Shown here piece after piece: positions 1 to 12,975 of a DNA stretch of 64,000 bases. The notes below the pieces were generated by a model that was not told the DNA's origin, searched no databases, and was given only the letters and a program-made list of their open reading frames with translations. The first letter of the stretch is position 1. Every line of letters begins with the position of its first letter. Position numbers and translations under genes: made by a program. Where the stretch lies: assembly GCA_964016885.1 (NCBI GenBank), contig OZ024743.1, positions 27,652,001 to 27,716,000 on the forward strand. The letters are read 5' to 3'. Source of the stretch: Eledone cirrhosa. Lineage: Eukaryota.

Positions 1-565
1 GTGGATTGGCAGTATCGGTAGAGCGTCAGACACCATGCTTTACACCATAGAGTTGCGCCCCTTTATGGCCTGAGTCGATTTATTCGACTTTCACCTACCC
101 CCAAATTACTGGCCTTGTGCCTATACTAGAAATCATTATTATCATCAATATCATCATCATCCTTCAGTCATTATATTATAAATGGATTGGCAGTATCGGT
201 AGAGGGTCGGACGCCATGCTTTCCAGCAGAGTTACGTCCCTTAACGATCTGAGTTCAAATCCCGCCGAGGTTGACTTTGCCTTTCACCCTTACGGGGTCG
301 ATAAAATAAAGTACCAGTAATGCACTGGGTTATTGCTGGCCTTGTGCCAAAAGTGGAAACAATTATTATTAGGGCGATGCTATGGCAGTATCCGTAGAGC
401 ATCAGACACCATGCTTTGCATCTTAGAGTTATGGCCCTTTACGTTCTGAGTTCAAATCTGCCGAGGTTAACTTTGCCTTCCATCCTTACGGAGTCGATAA
501 AACAGTGCACCAGTAATGCACTGGGTAATAGCTGGCCTTGTGCCAAATAAGTAGACACAATTATA
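1..565 (+). mobile_element. Three tandem copies of tRNA-derived SINE family A (~190 bp, (ATT)n tail)
   Basis: Copies at ~1-140, 183-370, 371-565. Head TGGCAGTATCGGTAGAG (A box-like), GAGTTCAAATCCC (B box-like), central TTTGCCTTTCATCCTTACGGGGTCGATAAAATAAAGTACCAG (resembles Meta-type SINE core), tail CTGGCCTTGTGCC..AGAAAC(ATT)n. The same unit recurs about 20 times in the window. Confidence 0.85.
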
Positions 566-1299
566 TTATGACAACCCAAACACAATTCATTTTTCTTTTA
601 CGATTTTATGTTTACATACCCATCAAAAACTTTCGCCGATTCCAAATTCATCATCAGTAGTACCAGCAGCAAGAGCAGCAGCAGTATCTCTACAACTCCA
701 CCACCGTACACACTTCCACAATTTCATCAGAACACATAACAACACAGCTGTTTCGGTCACACATATTTATTTAATATCGATTAGTTTACACTTTCTTGAC
801 AATTGTATAAAACACCAGAATTTATTATCATTGTATATATGCTCCTTACTAGTCATAACTAACACCGTCGATTTTTTTTTTGATTTTTCCATACAGTTGA
901 CACGAATGATAGGGGTTATCTGCGTATTTACTGACGACAAACTGTTATTTTTGTGACAAATACATCTCACCGAGATTTTTCATTGATCTTGAAACCAGTG
1001 TTTGGTTGAGTGTATTGAAAACATGTTTTCCGAATCAATAGCACATGAACCGTCTCCTTTTTATTGAAAGAAAAGCTGTTCCACTTTACAAACAAAAAAC
1101 ACACATAAATACATGCATGCAAACACATACACACACTCACACACACGCACATTCATACACATGCACACACACACACATGTGAGTGTGTTGCTATGTCGCA
1201 ATGGTGGAAGGGAGAATGAAAAATCGATAATGTTAATAGTTCTCACGAAGTTAAGCAATTTTCTGGATAATAACTCCTTTTTAAAACAAATACAACCAC

Positions 1300-1365
<66 letters not shown>

Positions 1366-1420
1366 ATGTAGGTCTATATATACATATATGTGTGTCTATA
1401 TATATGTATACATACACGTT

Positions 1421-1473
<53 letters not shown>

Positions 1474-1744
1474 GATAGATAGATAGATATGGTGATAAAT
1501 ATAGATATAGTTATATACAGTGTGTATGCATATTATGCATTTACTATAAAAGTATCTCGAAAAATAGATAGGAGCTTCCAAACCTTGATGTATTCACGCT
1601 TCAACGCTTCAGGAAAATATCATAAAATGTGTAATAGTAATTCTTTTAAAGTCTGCTGCATTCGCTGAACCATTATAGGGTCAAGGAATTTCAACCCTGT
1701 TAAAAAATACAAACATATTACACAATCATCTCATCTCGAATGTA

Positions 1745-2180
1745 ATAGGAGTTCCCGGAAATTGACGCTACAATATCGCTATCACCACACATAGTGTTCA
1801 TCTCTGAAGCATTTAAGCAGATAATTTTAATTGTAACTTTCTATTTTCTGGGCTGACTTTATTGCGTAGTATTACGAGAAGAAGACAGTGAAGAATACTG
1901 AAATACCGAGTAGAAAGCTAAATGTAAACCTATTGAAGTAAGATGCAAAGTGTTAGTATGCAATCCCTTCAGTAGATCCTAAGATTTATTGGATTTTACA
2001 GGAGTCCTTAGGTGGATGTCGTTCGAGTTAATCAGAGAGAAATGGCTTCAAGTTGGCTGTATATCAGAAAATATGAGCTATGAAACGATGCAGTGTTACC
2101 TAAGAGAGGTCGACTGGCCTTGGGAAATTATCTGAAACAACCAAAGATCCCAGATATCACTGATGAGGTATCCAGATGGA
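1745..2180 (+). mobile_element. Decayed 3' end of Hero-like (RLE endonuclease) non-LTR retrotransposon
   Basis: Broken frames give FPEIDATISLSPHIVFISEAFKQIILI (cf. RPDIVLWS..K.VILIELTVPW), KAKCKPIEVRCK (cf. PVEVGCRGF) and ASSWLY (cf. ASRWLW); recognised by eye. Confidence 0.55.
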
Positions 2181-2248
2181 AACTGGAAAAATTTAAATGA
2201 TTTGATCTGTTTCTTTTAAAAAAAATATATTTGAATGTATGCATCCAT

Positions 2249-2303
<55 letters not shown>

Positions 2304-2350
2304 AAGGAAAAGCGAAGTAGTTTCAGATATTCAAGTCCTTTAATAATAAT

Positions 2351-2424
2351 GCTGTGATATATATTTCAATGGTGACCGTGGCCACACTGTTCCGTGCGCC
2401 AGTGCCACGACATCGTCAGACAGC
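2351..2424 (-). ncRNA. Type I hammerhead ribozyme motif (left arm)
   Basis: Minus strand: GCTGT-CTGACGA-long stem II-GAAA-TATATA-TC-ACAGC; stem I GCTGT/ACAGC. Confidence 0.75.
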
Positions 2425-4596
2425 TTGTTACATAATAAGGTTATGTTTCCGAGGCAATCCAAATTGAATCGACATGGGAACGGACGAAGTGTGTGCTCTT
2501 GGATTCTTCGTGCGTTCCCTTGTGAGTACCAATTCACCCCCACCGGTCTGCGCAGGCGCAGCTCCGCAGGATGTTGACCATTAGCTACCGCAGAGTTCAA
2601 CGAAATTCGCCTCTCAACCAAACAATGACCTATTCAGGCCTGTAATATATAGCTTACTGCTAGCCACCCCGTCAGTGGCAGTCAGCCGAAAGCGAGTGGG
2701 TTGGGCGAGTGTGAGTATCAATAGGTCTCAATACCACCCCACATTAAGCATGGACAATATAATTGACCATCAACCTCTAAGAGAAAATATACTTAATTCT
2801 AGGTATTATGGTTTCACAGTGGAAATTATGAATGAGAGTTGGAAATTAGAACTAAAAATTAAAAATCGAAAATCAGAAATCAAAAATTAAAATTTAAAAA
2901 TTAAAAAGATTTACAAATGAGAATCTAGATTGAAGTGAGTAAAAAATATATATAGATTGAAGTGAGTAAAAAAATATGTGCACCTATACTATCTAGTACG
3001 TAGGGAGATGTTTAAGTAAGTTTTGAAAGGGGTATTAATGTTACAGATATAATTATCTACATGCTGAACGATATTACCGTACAGTAGAACGGAGGGTAAA
3101 TTACAGTATGAAAGATAGTAGTTAGGCGGGTACATAGTTAGAATTTCCATCACATGGAACAAAACTAAAAAAAAACAGATATAATATACACAAAAAAACA
3201 CACAAAAAATATCCAATAAATACAAAAAATACATACAGTACATATATCCAAAATGAGATAGGAGATACATGATTAATATGATTGTCAATTTGTCCATATA
3301 TAGATTGAATTGAGGGGGCTTCTGTTCAAATGCAATTTGGTGCAGGAAAATAGGGGTTTATCGTTGTTTTTGTTTCCGCGTATTTACCCTGCCGAAAGTT
3401 AGTTTTATGTCCGTCCAGTTTCAAGGATTTCCATCCCCATGGTAGAGGGAATTTCCGGGTGTAGCTGCTGGCTGGTTCCTCTCTTCTCCATTATATTGGT
3501 TACATCATAGAGTGCTCAACTAATTGGAATTAAATTCTACCATGGGGATGGAAATCCCTGTTACTGGACAGACATAAAACTAACTTCCGGCAGGATAAAT
3601 ACACGGAAACAAAAACAACGATAAACCCCTATTTTCCTGCACCAAATTGCATTTGAACAGAAGCCCCCTCAATTCAATCTATATATGGACAAATTGACAA
3701 TCACATTAATCATGTATCTCCTATCTCATTTTGCATATATGTACTGTATGTATTTTTTGTATTTATTGGATATTTTTTGTTTGTTTCTTTTTTGTGTATT
3801 TTATATCTGGGTTTTGGGGGGGGGGGGTTGTTCCATGTGATGGAAATTCTAACCATGTACCTGCCTTTCATACTGTAATTTACCCTCCGTTCTACTGTAC
3901 GGTACTATCGTTCAGCATGTAGATAATTATATCTGTAACATTAATACCCCTTTCAAAACTTACTTAAACATCTCCCTACATACTAGATAGTATAGGTGCA
4001 CATATTTTTTTACTCACTTCAATATATATATATTTTTTTACTCACTTCAATATATATATATTTTTTTACTCACTTCAATCTAGATTCTCACTTGTAATTT
4101 TTTTAATTTTTAAATTTTAATTTTTGATTTCTGATTTTCGATTTTTAAGTTTTAGTTTTAATTTTCATCTCTCATTCATAATTTCCACTGTGAAACCATA
4201 ATTCCTAGAATTAAGTATATTTTCTCTTAGAGGTTGATGGTCAATTATAATCTCCATACTTATTGTGGGGTGGTATTGAGACCTACTGATACTCACACTC
4301 GCCCAACCCACTCGCTTTCGGCTGACTGCCACTGACGGGGTGGCTAGCAGTAAGCTATATATTACAGGCCTGAATAGGTCATTGTTTGGTTGAGAGGGGG
4401 AACTGCCTAGGCGAATTTCGTTGAACTCTGCGGTAGCTAATGGTCAACATCCTTCGGAGCTGCGCCTGCGCAGACCAGTGGGGCTGAATTGGTACTCACA
4501 AGGGAATGGACGAAGAATCCAAGAGCACACACTTCGTCCGTTCCCATGTCGATTCAATTTGGATTGCCTCGGAAACATAACCTTATTATGTAACAA

Positions 4597-4670
4597 GCTG
4601 TCTGATGATGTCGTGGCACTGGCGCACGGAACAGTGTGGCCACTGTCACCATTGAAATATATATCACGGC
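4597..4670 (+). ncRNA. Type I hammerhead ribozyme motif (right arm)
   Basis: GCTGT CTGATGA [stem II GTGGCA/TGTCAC enclosing TGGC-GCAC/GTGT-GCCA] GAAA TATATA TC ACGGC; full core, palindromic stem III, AUC cleavage triplet. Confidence 0.8.
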
Positions 4671-4676
4671 ATTATT

Positions 4677-4800
4677 CAGTCTGAGTTCAAATCCTGCCGA
4701 GGTTAACTTTGCCTTTCATCCTTACGAGTCGATAAAATAAAGTACCAGTAATGCACTGGATAATTGCTGGCCTTGTGCCTAAAGTAGAAACAATTATTAT
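4677..4800 (+). mobile_element. 5'-truncated SINE A inserted in the right arm of the fold-back element
   Basis: CTGAGTTCAAATCC...AAAGTAGAAACAATTATT. Absent from the mirror position in the left arm; inserted at ATTATT. Confidence 0.85.
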
Positions 4801-5149
4801 TAAAGGACTTGAACAGCTGAAACTACTTCGCTTTTCCTTATTCGATATTTACGCCGTCACTTCTATATGGAATAAGTACGTTGAGTGCTTGAATTGAATT
4901 GCATCAATATTTACCTTAAGAATATATATATATAGAAGTGGTTACACAACAGTTAGTTCACCATACCGCATTGCTGTTGAAGGAGGAAAGCTTCAGGCTT
5001 ACGGCAAGAGCACGCTGGTGGGGTGTTGCTCCTAGGGCTGCTGGTGATGTGGGCCTTCATGTTCTTAGCGCAGGAGTATCCTAGTTTAACTTCGTGTCGG
5101 TTAAAGATGGAGTGGTATTTATGATCTATGGGGAAATATCCATCTAAGA

Positions 5150-5770
5150 GGGCTAGAAATTGTTTTCAAAAATTGGTTTTAACGTTGAGTGAGAAGGGAG
5201 GAGAGAACCAGATAGTTTGTCTATTGTTGCGCTTACTTTTCTTAATGGTGTTGTTGCTAGTGAGAGAGTAAGTGATAGGTTGTGACAAGGCGCTGTTAGC
5301 CAACGCCGTGTTATAGTAGGGTGCCGCCCTGTCAAAGATAGCCTTATTAGAGGAGAAGTTTGAGATTCTAGTACTGATATTCTTAACGAAGTTTATAAAA
5401 ACAGTGGGCGGGTGGCATGAGTTCTTGAGAATGTAATTAAGTTTCTCGTTTAGCTTATGGAAGGGTCTGTTGGTGTGTGAGTGCGAAGGTCTAAATTAAT
5501 GTCTAAGAAATCTACGCTAGAGAGGTTGGTGGCTACTGTGATCCTAAGTCCTAACCATTGAAGGTAGAAGCTGTCTTTTTTAAACCGGTCGAGGTCGTGA
5601 CCACTTTTATGGCTCGATAAAGTCAGTCCATCGTCACGGTATATTCCCGGGTGGAAGTCCGGGAATCTAACACGTAATATGTCTTAGATAAAAAGGCCAA
5701 CCAAGTCACATACGTCGGCACTGTCAAACGATCCCATGTAGACGTCAAACAGGTCTGAAAATGTAGACTT
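5150..5770 (-). pseudogene. PLE reverse transcriptase (palm/thumb) fragment
   Basis: Manual translation LFDVYMGSFDSADVCDLVGLFI*...GIYRDDGL and VDFLDINLDL...KLNYILKNSCHPP..RISNFSS; contains a stop and frameshifts. Confidence 0.85.
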
Positions 5771-6355
5771 CTTAGATAGACACTTTCCCATAGGTCATAA
5801 TTACCGCTCCATCTTTAAACAACATAAAGTTAAACTAGGATACTCCTGCGCTAAGAACATGAAGGCCCACATCACCAGCAGCCCTAGGAGCAACACCCCA
5901 CGAGGGTACTCTTGCCGTAAGCCGGAAGCTTGCCCCCTTCAACAGCAATGCAACACACCAGCTGTAATCTATGAAGCTGTGGTCACTTCCAACCGACCCA
6001 ACGAACCACAGGAGGTCAAATCCTATGTGGGCATTGCGGAGGGCCGATTGAAGGAACGTTTCCTAAACCATCAGTCTACCATCAGGAACCCGGACAGACG
6101 TTCATCCACGAAACTCGCGAGCCACGTATGGTCCCTCAAGGACTCAAGTATAGACTACTCCATTCAATGGAAGCCATCACTAAGTCCAAGCCATACGCAA
6201 GGGGAAATCCGATGTGTGGCTTATGTATTGACAAACGAATAACTATTCTAAAGAGATTACGCAATAGTGATTGCCTAAACACGAGAAGTGAATTTTTCAC
6301 ACATTGTCCACACGTCGCCAAACACCTATTGCATAACTACAAGGCTCCGGACTGA
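5771..6355 (+). pseudogene. PLE GIY-YIG endonuclease (frameshifted near 6175)
   Basis: SCRKPEACPLQQQC-VIYEA...YVGIAEGRLKERFLNH...TKLASHVW, then CGLC...LNTRSE..CPH (ORFs 5859-6242 and 6128-6355). Confidence 0.88.
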
Positions 6356-6511
6356 TTCTTTGTAACTTTATTTTCAACCTAAAAACTTTTCGGCTTTCGC
6401 AGTTATATCCCTTACACCTCTCGCACGGAGTCTAGTATTGCCTGTGTGAAGTGACCGGGTTTCTGCGCATGCGCGTTCGTACGGTTTTCCTTCCTGTTCC
6501 TATAACCATGC

Positions 6512-6561
6512 CCATTCCGAGCTGAGGATCCGCTAAGGTGAAACAATTGATCTCGGTATGG
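6512..6561 (+). ncRNA. Minimal hammerhead-like motif in PLE 3' repeat
   Basis: CCATTCCGAG CTGAGGA TCC GCTAA GGT GAAA CAATTG AT CTCGGTATGG; stem I and palindromic stem III present, U16.1 appears mutated. Confidence 0.6.
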
Positions 6562-6650
6562 TGAACTAACTGTTGTGTAACCACTTCTACCTAACTCGTC
6601 CCTTGGACTGAGTGCTCTACCACTACGGATATTACCTTCCAGTGTTCCAC

Positions 6651-6685
<35 letters not shown>

Positions 6686-6770
6686 TCTTCAAGTATTAAT
6701 TATTCGAATGTCTTGAAATAATTATGTTGTTTTTAAATTCCAGAAAGCCTGGTCAGGGAACTCTTTGGAC

Positions 6771-6861
<91 letters not shown>

Positions 6862-6864
6862 TGA

Positions 6865-6903
<39 letters not shown>

Positions 6904-7460
6904 CTATATGTGTGTATGTGTGTGATTTTGCATATGTGTGTATGTGTGTGTTTGTGCATGTGTGTGTTTGTGTGTGGGTGTGGGTGTGAATCATCATCTG
7001 TGAACGAATATATAATTTTTTTTTTTAGATATATTTTTGAAATTATGCAAATTTGTATTGGTACGTAATATTTCTTAATTAAATGATGCATAATTATCTC
7101 TGTCTCATTTGGTATTTTCTGCACTTGTAATTAGGTATTAGTATTTCGAAACACCGAAAATCTTTTTTTTTTCTATAATATTCTCCATTTTTCAGTCTAG
7201 AATAGATATGATAGGAATCAGTAATATATTATAATTCAACATTATCTCTACAAAACCTGAGTGATTAATTTTGAATGTCTGGGGTTATGATTTAGGTATG
7301 TTACGTTATAACATTTATATATCTCCAAAATAATAATAATGATAATTGAATTTCCTTTTTCATAGTTCCTTTTTGATAACATTTTCAAAAAATTTAAAAT
7401 CTATAACCGATAGTATGATGAATTGAAACATAAATAAAATAATATACTGTTCTATATACA

Positions 7461-7640
7461 CAGTGAAAGGCAAAGCTAAACGCAGTGGGATTTGAACACA
7501 GAATGGAAAGGGCCGTAACTCTATGTTGCAAAGCGTATTATCCGACGCTCTACCGATACTGCCAATCCGTAACAACAATAATTATTGTTTCTACTTGAGA
7601 CAAAAGGCCAGAAATTTGAAGGGAGGGGAAAGTCAATTAA
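7461..7640 (-). mobile_element. SINE A fragments
   Basis: Reverse-complement head (7461-7570) and tail (7586-7640) of SINE A. Confidence 0.7.
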
Positions 7641-8640
7641 AACACATAAGCTAGGAGCCTGGAACCGAATACGTTTTCCTTCTATCGGCACCTCCTTTAA
7701 AATACAGGAACTATGTAGGTATTTTCATTCTTCTTCTCCTCATCGTGTCCACAAGAATCAGCTACATAGCTTGGCTAGATATGGTTTCGCTACAGCTGAA
7801 CACTTTGCTGTCTTTGGTATTTTGACTGCGAAAATATTACACCAAACAATGAAACAATTCGATCTCATAAAAATATCCTTCGCTTGTGGTTTTCAAGAAA
7901 ATTAATTAGACAAATCTACAATATATACCTCCTTTATCAATGTTACAGATAAGTTGTAGAATATGTTGAGCAATTCTCACCAACAGAGGAATTTTGCAAC
8001 ATTCAAAAGATTATCAAAAAGAAAGGAATGTGTAAATGCCACTTACATTTAGATGTGATGTTCATGCATTAAATATTCTACACCACAATCAGATGAACAC
8101 CCATTTATAATCCACAAAAATATTTTTATCTTACTTATTTTGTTACCTTTCCAAATTATCAAGTTAATAATAAATTTCATTCCGTTATGGCCAAGTTATC
8201 CATTATCTACTAGGAAGGATTAAATTACAATTTTAATCATTTTAGTACCACCTAATGTAATTTGTTTTTATCAATTCAGAGTTACACACCTCAAACTCCT
8301 CACACTCTAGAAAACTGGCGTCAAATATATGCACTTAAAATGTCTTTAACGACAGCCTCATCAATTTTGTTCAATTTCCTATTAATTGAAATGCAGCAAT
8401 TACTACCATCCATATTTTCATTATTGTTGTCATCATCCTCATCATCATCATCATCATAATCATACCCTCCTCCTCCTCCTCCTCCCCCTCATCATCATCA
8501 TCATCATCATCATCGTTCTTCATCATCCTCATCCTCATCATCATCATCACCATCATCAACACTACCATATCATCACGATGATAAATATTTTCAAAGCATT
8601 ATTATTGTTATTATTATTATTATTATTAATTATTATTATT

Positions 8641-10250
8641 CTTTGAGTCTCAGTTATTGATGTTAGTTAACTGGAAAGTTTGTTGAAATTAATATCAAGC
8701 CACTACCTGCAGCCTCAGATATTCAGGACGTATCGGAGGGTTCTTGCTGTTCCCAGCAAGCATGCCTTTTGAAGTGTTCCAAAAAGCGGGGCGGGACTAT
8801 TTTCTTTAACCATCCCTGGAAACTTTTTGAGATAGTACCTAGTGCGCCTATGACAATCGAGATCACTTTGACTTCATGGCAGTTCCAAATCCTGTTTACC
8901 TCCCACTTTAAGTCCTGGTGTCGGTTAATTTTCTCCCTCTCCTTCTCTTGTACTCTCGTGTCGAATGGGCAGGCCACATCCACAATCAGGCACGATCTTT
9001 TTTCCTTGGCCAAAACCACCAGGTCAGGTCTATTGTGTTCCAGTTTCTTGTCCGTCTGTATCCTAAAATCCCATAGCACCTTCACCTGATCGTTTTCTAT
9101 CACCGACTCTGGCTTATGCTCATACCACTTCTCAGAATGTGGTAAATTGTTTACTTTGCATAGGTGCCAGTGGATCACCCTGCCCATTACATCATGTCTC
9201 CAGCCTTTATAGTGAGTCTGGGCTAGGTGTTTACACTAGGTGTTTTCCTTCTAGTTTTGTACTTTATTTCCAGTCTATTTTTAGTGTCTATGTTTTTAAG
9301 TGTCCCATTCAGTAGGGAGTCAAGCTTTCCAATGTCATTTCTCATTTCCCTGATTTGACCATTCAGTCGTTTCTTCCACCAAGGTTCTGATCTTTCTTGT
9401 TTGTTATTTCCTCTCGCTTTTATGCCAAGTAATTTCCTCACCGCATTTGCTGTTGATTTGAGGATATTGTTGCACTGGGGAAGGCTCCTCGCCTCAAGGT
9501 ATGGGATGTCTTTGTTTAACTTAGCTGTTGTTTCTTTTAACTTTTTCCTGTCTACAAATCTTAGGTTCATAGGTTTCCCACTATCATTGTTCATTTCATC
9601 TACCACTAAGTTTAGGATATCAACCAAATCTTGTCCTAGCCCGTCAGCATTCATCTCCTCAATGGCCGTATCTTTGTTCCAGGTATTATTTATTTCAGCA
9701 TTCAGATCATTGTCTGCTTCGGATGGTTCCTCCGTTCTCTCAACTATTTCCCCTTCATTTCCCACTGGCTGATTTGCCTGGCATACTCCACTCTCCATTT
9801 CCAACCTAATCTCTCTGCTCAGTTCCTCCAGTTCCAGCTCGCTTATCCACCCATTAGTTCTTATTACACGAGCCTGCCCGGTCAATTTTTGTTCATCTAA
9901 TTTAAATAGACCAATCTCGTTCCAGATGTTATGCATCCGTTTCCTATAGCCTTTCTCCTTGGGGTTACTTTTCAGGTAACATTGCATAACAGTTCTATTC
10001 AATTATTTCGTCCAGTTGGTTCTGGTCCCTTTCCTTCTTCTTCCTCCGACACCAGCAGTATTTGGTTGACAGCCAGGTCCCTGCTGCTGAGCCAGGGAGC
10101 ACCTGCTGGGTGAGAGTCTGTCACATGACATTCCAGTCTCCACTTCACCGTTATTCGAACTGTTTAGGTTCGACATTGAAACACTCTTATCGATGATTGG
10201 TGAATGTATGGTTACATAACGACCGGTGATTTCATCACCTCCGGTATAAT
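8641..10250 (-). mobile_element. R4/Dong-like RLE non-LTR element, internally deleted (RT domain missing), in (TAA)n
   Basis: N-terminal ORF 9223-10002 (VMQCYLKS..GYRKRMHNIW..PWWKKRL) abuts C-terminal LAQTHYKGWRHD..IHW..KWYEHKPE..LWDF..NRPDLV..IVDVACP..EK (8723-9225). No RT motifs in between; (TAA)n on both sides. Confidence 0.85.
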
Positions 10251-10288
10251 TATAATAATAATTATTATTATTATTATTATTATTATTG

Positions 10289-10770
10289 TTCTTTGAGTCT
10301 CAGTCATTGATGTTAGTTAACTGGAAAGTTTGTCGAAATGAATATCAAGCGACTACCTGCAGCCTCAGATATTCAGGTCGTATCGGAGGGTTCTTGCTGT
10401 TCCCAGCAAGCATACCTTTTGAAGGGTTCCAAAAAGCGTGGCGGGGCCAATTTTCTTTAACCATCCCTGGAAACTTTTTGAGATAGTACCTAGTGCGCCT
10501 ATGACAATCGGGACCACTTTGACTTCATGGCAGTTCCAAATCCTTTTTACCTCCCACTTTAAGCCCTGGTATCGGTTAATTTTCTCCCTCTCCTTCTCTT
10601 GCACTCTTGTGTCGAATGGGCAGGCCACATCCACAATCAGGCACGATATTTTTTCCTTGACCAAAACCACCAGGTCAGGTCTATTGTGTTCCAGTTTCTT
10701 GTCCGTCTGTATCCTAAAATCCCACAGCACCTTCACCTGGTCGTTTTCTATCACCGACTCTGGCTTATGC

Positions 10771-10771
<1 letters not shown>
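10289..10771 (-). mobile_element. Second, 5'-truncated copy of the same R4/Dong-like element
   Basis: Near-identical to 8641-9120; ORF 10365-10754 holds the RLE PD..D motif with an intact C-terminus; flanked by (ATT)n. Confidence 0.88.
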
Positions 10772-10809
<38 letters not shown>

Positions 10810-11024
10810 GGCGACCTACGTAGTAAATCGTATCATCATGAGCTCCGCAAAGGTTTGTTATTTTCAGTTGTTTAAAATTGCCATTTATGGAAAATTTTTA
10901 TTGTTAACTGTATATAAGTGCACATACATTGATTTCTGAAAAGGACACTCAAAAATATTGGGGGTCTTCAGCCCAAAATTTAAACTTTTTATAATTATCA
11001 AAGAAAAATTTTCTTTGAAAAATC

Positions 11025-12789
11025 ATGGATGACTCAGAGACACTCCTTCCTCACAATCTAACACCTCACACCGACACCACCATTGTAAATATTACTACGT
11101 TTGCCAACACTGGAAATGTAAGCAGTAGCAATATTTTAAATTTGTCTCAGGCAGACGTTCATTTCCCGCCACTACCAATGACTGCAGGTGTTAAAGCCGC
11201 CACCCTCACCACCACGATAACAGAAACAAAAGAAAAAAATAAATTAACTCGTGATATCGAAATGAATTCAACCAAAATGAACTCTTCCACACCGAACACC
11301 ACTGACGCCACCACCACCACAACTGAAACTAAAATTAACAATAGCAAAAATAACGATAACAACAACAGCAACAATGAAATTAAGAAAACTACCCTGAGTT
11401 TTGCCAGAGTAGCAAAAACGTGCGAAGCGATGCAGGTAACTCAGGAGGAATTAGAAGAAGCCAAAGGAATGGTAAAGGAAGATGGTACAGGGTCAGCCCC
11501 CCCCCCTACCTAATAAAATGAACCAACGTCGCCTATGCACCGTGTTTTATCGGTCAATTAACATAAAATCGCGCCGAGTGGAACGGGCATCCGAGTCCCA
11601 AATTCAAAAAGCTTTGGGACATGTGTGGGCAAAAAAACCCCACATCAGACGTGGGCAGCAATATGGAACCGTGGACGTGTTCTTTGAAACACCACAGGAG
11701 GCAAGAGAACACTCCATGGCCCCATTAAGAAGTGACGACTTCACACTCGGCCCAAGCTATTGTGTCCGGAGACTTGTGAAGATGAGGGTGACCCACGTTC
11801 CACCGGCCAACGAAATTCCCTGGCTAATGGCTGCCGTCCTCGCCGGCATCGAGTCCAACACCAAGATAATTGAAATAGCGAAAGAAAAGCAGGACAACTG
11901 GTCCGGATCTGGGATGGAGCTCCTGATCCAAGCAGACCATAAAAGCATTGAGGAGATCCCAGAGGTAATAGACCTCACTGACGGCAGCCACCTCACCGTA
12001 ATCGTCGAGGGCAGAAGACATAGGTGTATCGTTTGTGGTGAAGGAACCCACCTAAGGGCTTTCTGCCCTCGGGCTAAAAGGTTGTGGCCACCTCTCTTAC
12101 CCACTCCAGTGACTCAACCATCAACACCACCAGCAGCAGAAATGGCAGCAACAACTGTAGCAGCAACAACAGAAGCAACTGTAACAGCAACAACCCCAGC
12201 AACAGTAGCAAAACCAACACCACCACCACCCAACGCACCAGAACTAGCACCAGCGCCTACACCATCCACCACGCCACAACCAAAACCAACGCCTGTGGAG
12301 GATTTTCCACTGTCCGGCTTATCGCTACTGGAGACAGATTGTGACGACGAGGAGTGGGAAACGGTATCAGGAATAAAGAAAAAAAGAAACCAAAAAAAAA
12401 AAAATTCTCTTCCTTCCCCCTCCAAAAACAAAATACAGAGGGAAACAAATAAATTATCAAACAAAAAAGTTAGGACAGATATGCCACCATCAACACCAGC
12501 ATCACCAACCCCATCACCACAAACCCAAACACCATCACCATCATTAACCCCAACACCAACATCACCAACACCACAAAAGTCACCAAAAAGCGTAACAGAA
12601 ACAAACCCACAACAAACGCAAACAAAACAAAACAACCAAAACGATACACACTACACAGCATTAAATTTGAACAACAACCAATTATTACACTACATCCAAC
12701 ACAACACCAGCATCACAGAAAAAGACTACACAACAACCCAAAAGTTCACACCACCTCCACACATACAAATCACTCGCATCATACAGTAA
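11025..12789 (+). pseudogene. LINE ORF1 (gag-like, zinc knuckle), frameshift in poly-C near 11500
   Basis: ORFs 11025-11513 and 11482-12789; CIVCGEGTHLRAFC is a CX2CX4HX4C knuckle, followed by a Pro/Thr-rich region and EWETV..KKKR. Confidence 0.8.
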
Positions 12790-12975
12790 ACGTACACGAC
12801 AATGAAACAAAAATTCCCCAAAGACATCGGAGACTTCCGACAAGCACTCTCCAGGAGGATTTATAAGGTCATTCTTCCGGAGGAGGCAGGAGCAGTGGAA
12901 AAGATGGAGAAACCATCCTTCCTCTACGAGAAGTAAAGTAAGTGGTCTTTCCAATCTGTTCCACTCCATTTCAAC

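Larger units (their letters stand above)
2300..4922 (+). mobile_element. Large fold-back PLE-derived element with ~1.15-kb inverted arms
   Basis: 2300-3446 is the reverse complement of 3536-4843 (scattered mismatches/indels, 89-bp spacer). Unpaired tail 4844-4922; (TA)n on both sides; hammerhead motif in both arms. Confidence 0.85.
4934..6656. mobile_element. Penelope-like (Naiad-type) retroelement remnant with inverted 5' portion
   Basis: RT on minus strand, EN on plus strand. Inverted duplications 4934-4968/6554-6588 and 4969-5148/5771-5951; (TA)n flanks. Confidence 0.85.

Noticed and set aside
183-270. tRNA gene
   Set aside because: A/B-box head continues into a SINE body and tail; no cloverleaf evident.
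2340-4684. Paired ORFs 2340-2621 and 4421-4684 as duplicated genes
   Set aside because: Mirror products of the inverted arms overlapping the hammerhead; no protein motif and non-ATG starts.
6356-6510. SECIS element / selenocysteine recoding as reported for some Naiad PLEs
   Set aside because: No convincing RUGA..AA..GA hairpin seen. The in-frame TGA in the 20.5-kb EN remnant (KKR*Y) sits at an aromatic, not Cys, position.
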